A stretch of 64,000 nucleotides of DNA from Octopus vulgaris (Eukaryota), in contig OX597815.1 in assembly GCA_951406725.2 (NCBI GenBank), positions 3,720,001-3,784,000 of the forward strand. The letters are read 5' to 3'. Positions 59,831 through 64,000 of the stretch are shown here, in pieces. The position numbers were made by a program, and so were the translations under genes. Every line of letters begins with the position of its first letter. Position 1 is the first letter of the stretch. Below the pieces are notes generated by a model. It was not told the origin of the DNA, ran no database searches, and saw only the letters and a program-made list of their open reading frames with translations.

Positions 59831-61315
59831 GGCTGCACTTAACAACATACTCCCATCAGTTCGTAACTCACATTATATACTGTTATATTTAGTGAGAAGT
59901 AGCCTCGTTTGGTTAAAGGTGTCTAATTAGTCAAAAACTGACCAATAACTAGCTCTTTGTATTTACGATAGAACCATCTTTTTTTATACGGGTTGAAATC
60001 GCTAAGCCGTGACAAATAAAAACTTTTTACTAGTTCAAATATTCTTGAGGCATATTCGAACTCGTAAGAAAGACATTCAGTGTATTTTGTCATGGGGAGA
60101 CTTTCTCGCTGTAAACAGAATGGTGTAAGCACAGCGAGTCAGCTCACAGACCCCCTAACTGGACTGTGGCATGCATGCATTTCGGAGTGGTTACTTCCTC
60201 TTCAGCAGCAGAGGCCATTTATTTTCCGCCGATGTTTCAATTATTTGTCAGTGTACACTGGCGAAACATCCGCACAAAGACTCATATATAATTGTGCAAT
60301 TAAGAAGTTCGCTTCCTAACCACATGGTTGGGGGTTCAGTTTCACTTCGTGGGACCTTGGGTGAGTGCCATCCACTGTATTCACAGTGAATTCATACCTT
60401 CCTCAAACTCCGTTGTTCCGGTTTACTATTCCCGACTCAATTATATTTTGTTCTCTTCTTCTCGTTGGTCACCTTAGTTTGGTCCTCTCAAGGAATGGAG
60501 AGTTCTGATAGAGTCACCTGTTTGGAAATTTCTTGGACCAATATCACCAATATACCCTGCTCTCAACAACATTAAAGCAACAATTTACGAGAATTGTTGC
60601 TTGGTTTCTTGGGTGAACTTTCAGCCCCTTGTCTTGAACCACTTCTAGCATGGGAAAACAGCTGTTGTTGTTGTTAAGCAAAAAGACGGGTAAGGGTGAT
60701 TAGGTGATGGTCTAGGGCTTAGGGGTAGGAGACCCCGGACCTTGGAAGAAAACAAAACTTTGGTCGTCTTGTTGTTGTTGAGGGCTCTTCGTTGACGCCC
60801 GACACGACTGGGAGGTGGCCCTCGAAGTCGCTGGAAATGGAGATCTCCAGGTCTAAATTCTTGGATGGCAGGTCAAACAGCTGGTTGTAGGAGGTGATGG
60901 TCTTCTGCACTTGGTGGAAGTAATCAAAATGACCAATCTCACAGAAAGTGGTATCCCCTATGGTCGTAAAGATCAGGTTTTGACGCCAATGTTAGGACAC
61001 ATCAGACAGGAATTTTAGGTAAATGCTGAAGTATGGTTCCGCTACCCTTTTCTATCTAACAAATTCATCAAAGCTATCATCTATTCCAACAGTTTTATTA
61101 TTTCCTGATTTTTTTCAGAATTCTCCGAAATCCTTCCAAGGGGATTTCCTCAACATTTAAATCAAGATCCTCCAAGCAGTCAATCACATGGGAAAATACG
61201 TTAGCTTCAAATCGGGAAATGTTCACCTATCAATGGTGTTTATGCACTTAGCTTCTAACCATACAACCACGCCTGCGCCTATATATATGTATATATATAT
61301 ATACATAATAAATAA

Positions 61316-61565
61316 ATGGGCCCTTTTTAAAGCCTAGCCAGGCTCATGGGCCCGGTTTCCCGGTTTCTATGGCGTATATGCTCCCCAGCTGGACGGGACG
61401 CCAGTCCATCGCAGCGTTACTCATTTTTGCCATCTGAGTGGACTGGAGTAACGTCAAAGGAAGTGTTTTGCTCAAGAACACAACGTGTCACCTGGTCTAG
61501 GAAACGAAACCACAATCTTACGATCATGGTGCTAACACTCTAACCACTAAGCCACGCTCCTCCAC
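61316..61565 (-). mobile_element. SINE family D (family C head and central domain, different tail)
   Basis: TGGCTTAGTGG A-box, TGTGTTCTTGAGCAAAACAC domain and CTGCGATGGACTGGCGTCCCGTCCAG tail. A diverged copy lies at 63180-63420 (+). Confidence 0.85.
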
Positions 61566-61647
61566 GTATATATACATATATATATATACATATATATATA
61601 TATACATATATATATACATATATATATATATATACATATATATATAC

Positions 61648-61733
<86 letters not shown>

Positions 61734-62159
61734 GTATACAGGTGCACAAACATGTTTACATAATAACTGCGTCACTACATACGTCATAGACTCACCTTTA
61801 CATTCATCCATACGTCCATACATGCATACACTCACACACTAACTCGTGCGCTCAGACTGATAAAGACAAGTGGAATCCCCCCACTCACATACAAAGACCG
61901 ACCCGTGCACTTAAATGCCGCCATTAGTGGAGCCGACTGATGCACACAATAATGCAGCCGGAAGCCCAGGTTTCGTTTTCTTACGCAGGTACATGCCGGT
62001 AGGAGTATGTGCATATGTATGTACATATGTGTTTATCTACGTGCGTATGTATATGCAAGTATGTGTACATCACACTCTATATTCGTATGTCAACGGTTGT
62101 ATGGGTTGAGTGTATGTAGTACGCATATATGTGTCTGTATATATACATACATACATATA

Positions 62160-62238
<79 letters not shown>

Positions 62239-62367
62239 TATATTAAATTAGAGACAAAACCACTATTAGGCAAATCATACAATGAAAAACTTAAGCCAAT
62301 ACATAAGATTATTTAATTTATATTATTTAAATATATAACAAAATTATTAAAAAAATATAATTAATAT

Positions 62368-62435
62368 ATCACTACGATCGTTTCATGGCTGTTAATTTCT
62401 TTAAATTTTCAAGTCACAGTCATTCATCAGGTGGT
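62368..62435 (-). ncRNA. Type I hammerhead ribozyme, core intact
   Basis: Reads AcCAC-CUGAUGA-AUGaCUGU(23-nt loop)ACAGcCAU-GAA-ACGAUCGU-A^GUGaU. Predicted GUA cleavage falls between 62373 and 62372. Confidence 0.78.
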
Positions 62436-62644
62436 TTAAATATTCATATTGGCGAGGTATATATATATGTATGTATGTATATACGTGGTTGTATGTATAT
62501 ATAAACACGTATATATGTATTTGTATGTGCTATGACGTACACGTATATAATTGAAAATGTGCGTTCCGATGGCCAACCGGGTGTATATAGTCCTCGTAAT
62601 TGACATGACTCTTTATGTCCGTCATTGTATACACGCAGTTTCCA

Positions 62645-63133
62645 CTGTCCACCTTCTATCGCGCACTCAGTACATCGCGGATTTTTCTGACTAATATCGC
62701 TAATATCGCGGACTTCTCAGTACAACGCAGCTATCTGCGGCCGATAGACATTTATATGTTTTTAGATTTTAATTATTTCTCTGTTACAATTATTTCTGCA
62801 GCCGATAGGTATTTATATATTTTTAGATTTTAATAATTCTTGTGACAAACACAGTGCAGTACTGCACTGTATAACACATTAATTAAAACCTATTAAAAGC
62901 AAATACGCAGTGTACCGTAGATGGGTAAACAAAGAATCGCACATATTGTATGGAGAACGAAACTCGGGAGGCGAGTGCGTGGTGTTGTTTGGCATTTGTA
63001 ATAAAATAAACATATACAAATTATAAAAGTGATTTTAAAATATATACAGTACAGTACTGTTTCTACTTCACAGATTTTCACCTATCGCGTGAGGTTTCAG
63101 AACGTAACACCTGCGATAGTCGAGGGATTACTG
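62645..63133 (-). mobile_element. Tigger/pogo-like MITE
   Basis: Ends GCGATAGTCGAGGGATTACTG-TA and is homologous to 33266-33477. It contains an internal duplication of about 47 bp and a 20-bp palindrome at 62851-62870. Confidence 0.7.
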
Positions 63134-63179
63134 TATATTTATATATACATTATATTATATTATTTCAAGTGACTTTCGT

Positions 63180-63420
63180 GGAGGCTCGTGGCCTAGAGCT
63201 TAGGTCTTTGCTCTGACGATCGCAAAATCACGGTATTGACTCCAGGACCGGTCGGGGCATTGTGTCCTTGAGCAAAAACACTTCATTTCAAGTTGCTCCT
63301 TCGTGCTCAATTCTAAAATGAGTTCCGTCAGTAACTGGGAAGTTAACTCTGTGCCGGACTGGCGTCTTGTCCAGGTGGGATGGGGTCATAGAAACCTGTT
63401 TAAAGTCCGGCCTCATGGGT
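63180..63420 (+). mobile_element. SINE family D, diverged
   Basis: Contains TGTGTCCTTGAGCAAAAACAC and GGACTGGCGTCTTGTCCAG motifs. Confidence 0.7.
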
Positions 63421-63560
63421 CCACCAGCACAATTATAAGCGTAAATCAAGGAATTTCCTGAAAAAAACAGTTTTACTTTCTCTTTATCCTTATAACTTTT
63501 CCTCTCTCACTCTTATCCCCAGTTTCTTTCCTTACAATGCTCTCTCACTTTCATACTCTA

Positions 63561-63631
<71 letters not shown>

Positions 63632-64000
63632 ATCTATAAATCTATCTATCTCAATTGATTGAATTAAATTGTTTTCATTAAATATGAGGTAGGGATTTTG
63701 AACTCGCTTTCTCTCTCTCTCTTTCTCTCTCTCTCTCACTCTCTCTCTTCTCTCTCTCTCTCTCTCTTTGCATATATATATATATATATATACTGTTTTC
63801 TTCCTCCATCCTCCTCTAATTCTCTTTTTCTCCCCTCCCTCCTTCATCGTTTTCTATCTTCCTCTCTCTCCCATCTCCCTCCTTTTCTCTCACTCTCTTC
63901 ATCTTTCTCTTTTTCTCTCTCTCCCTCGTTGCTCACACGTAACCATCGTCCATCTTTCTTTTCCACACATAACCATCTTTCTTTTCCTTTTCTCTCTCTC

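Overview
This is eukaryotic, AT-rich, microsatellite-saturated non-coding DNA. The SINE families and the (TA)n/(TG)n/(GATA)n/(AAT)n load look like an octopod (Octopus-like) intron or intergenic region; that assignment rests on my pattern recognition, not a database search. I can support no host protein-coding exon, and nearly all listed ORFs are microsatellite artefacts. Solid features are one intact tRNA-Arg(CCT) gene with a Pol III terminator, about 30 copies of four or five tRNA-derived SINE types, several decayed CR1/L2-like LINE fragments, a decayed Penelope-like element (PLE: RT plus C-terminal GIY-YIG) at about 51.0-53.9 kb, a deleted Tc1/mariner element, and hAT and Tigger-like MITEs. 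The most striking unannotated signal is a population of short (100-300 bp) elements sitting inside (TA)n tracts. They carry minimal type I hammerhead-ribozyme (HHR) motifs: about 13 with a recognisable core, one apparently intact at 62368-62435, and one five-copy family with covarying stem I, an extra core A and a CUGUUGA variant. Many related elements are folded back into long inverted repeats (11 found), and the HHR motifs are strongly biased to the minus strand. All ribozyme calls are from manual folding and none is tested. Repeat boundaries are approximate unless a TSD or TIR is cited.
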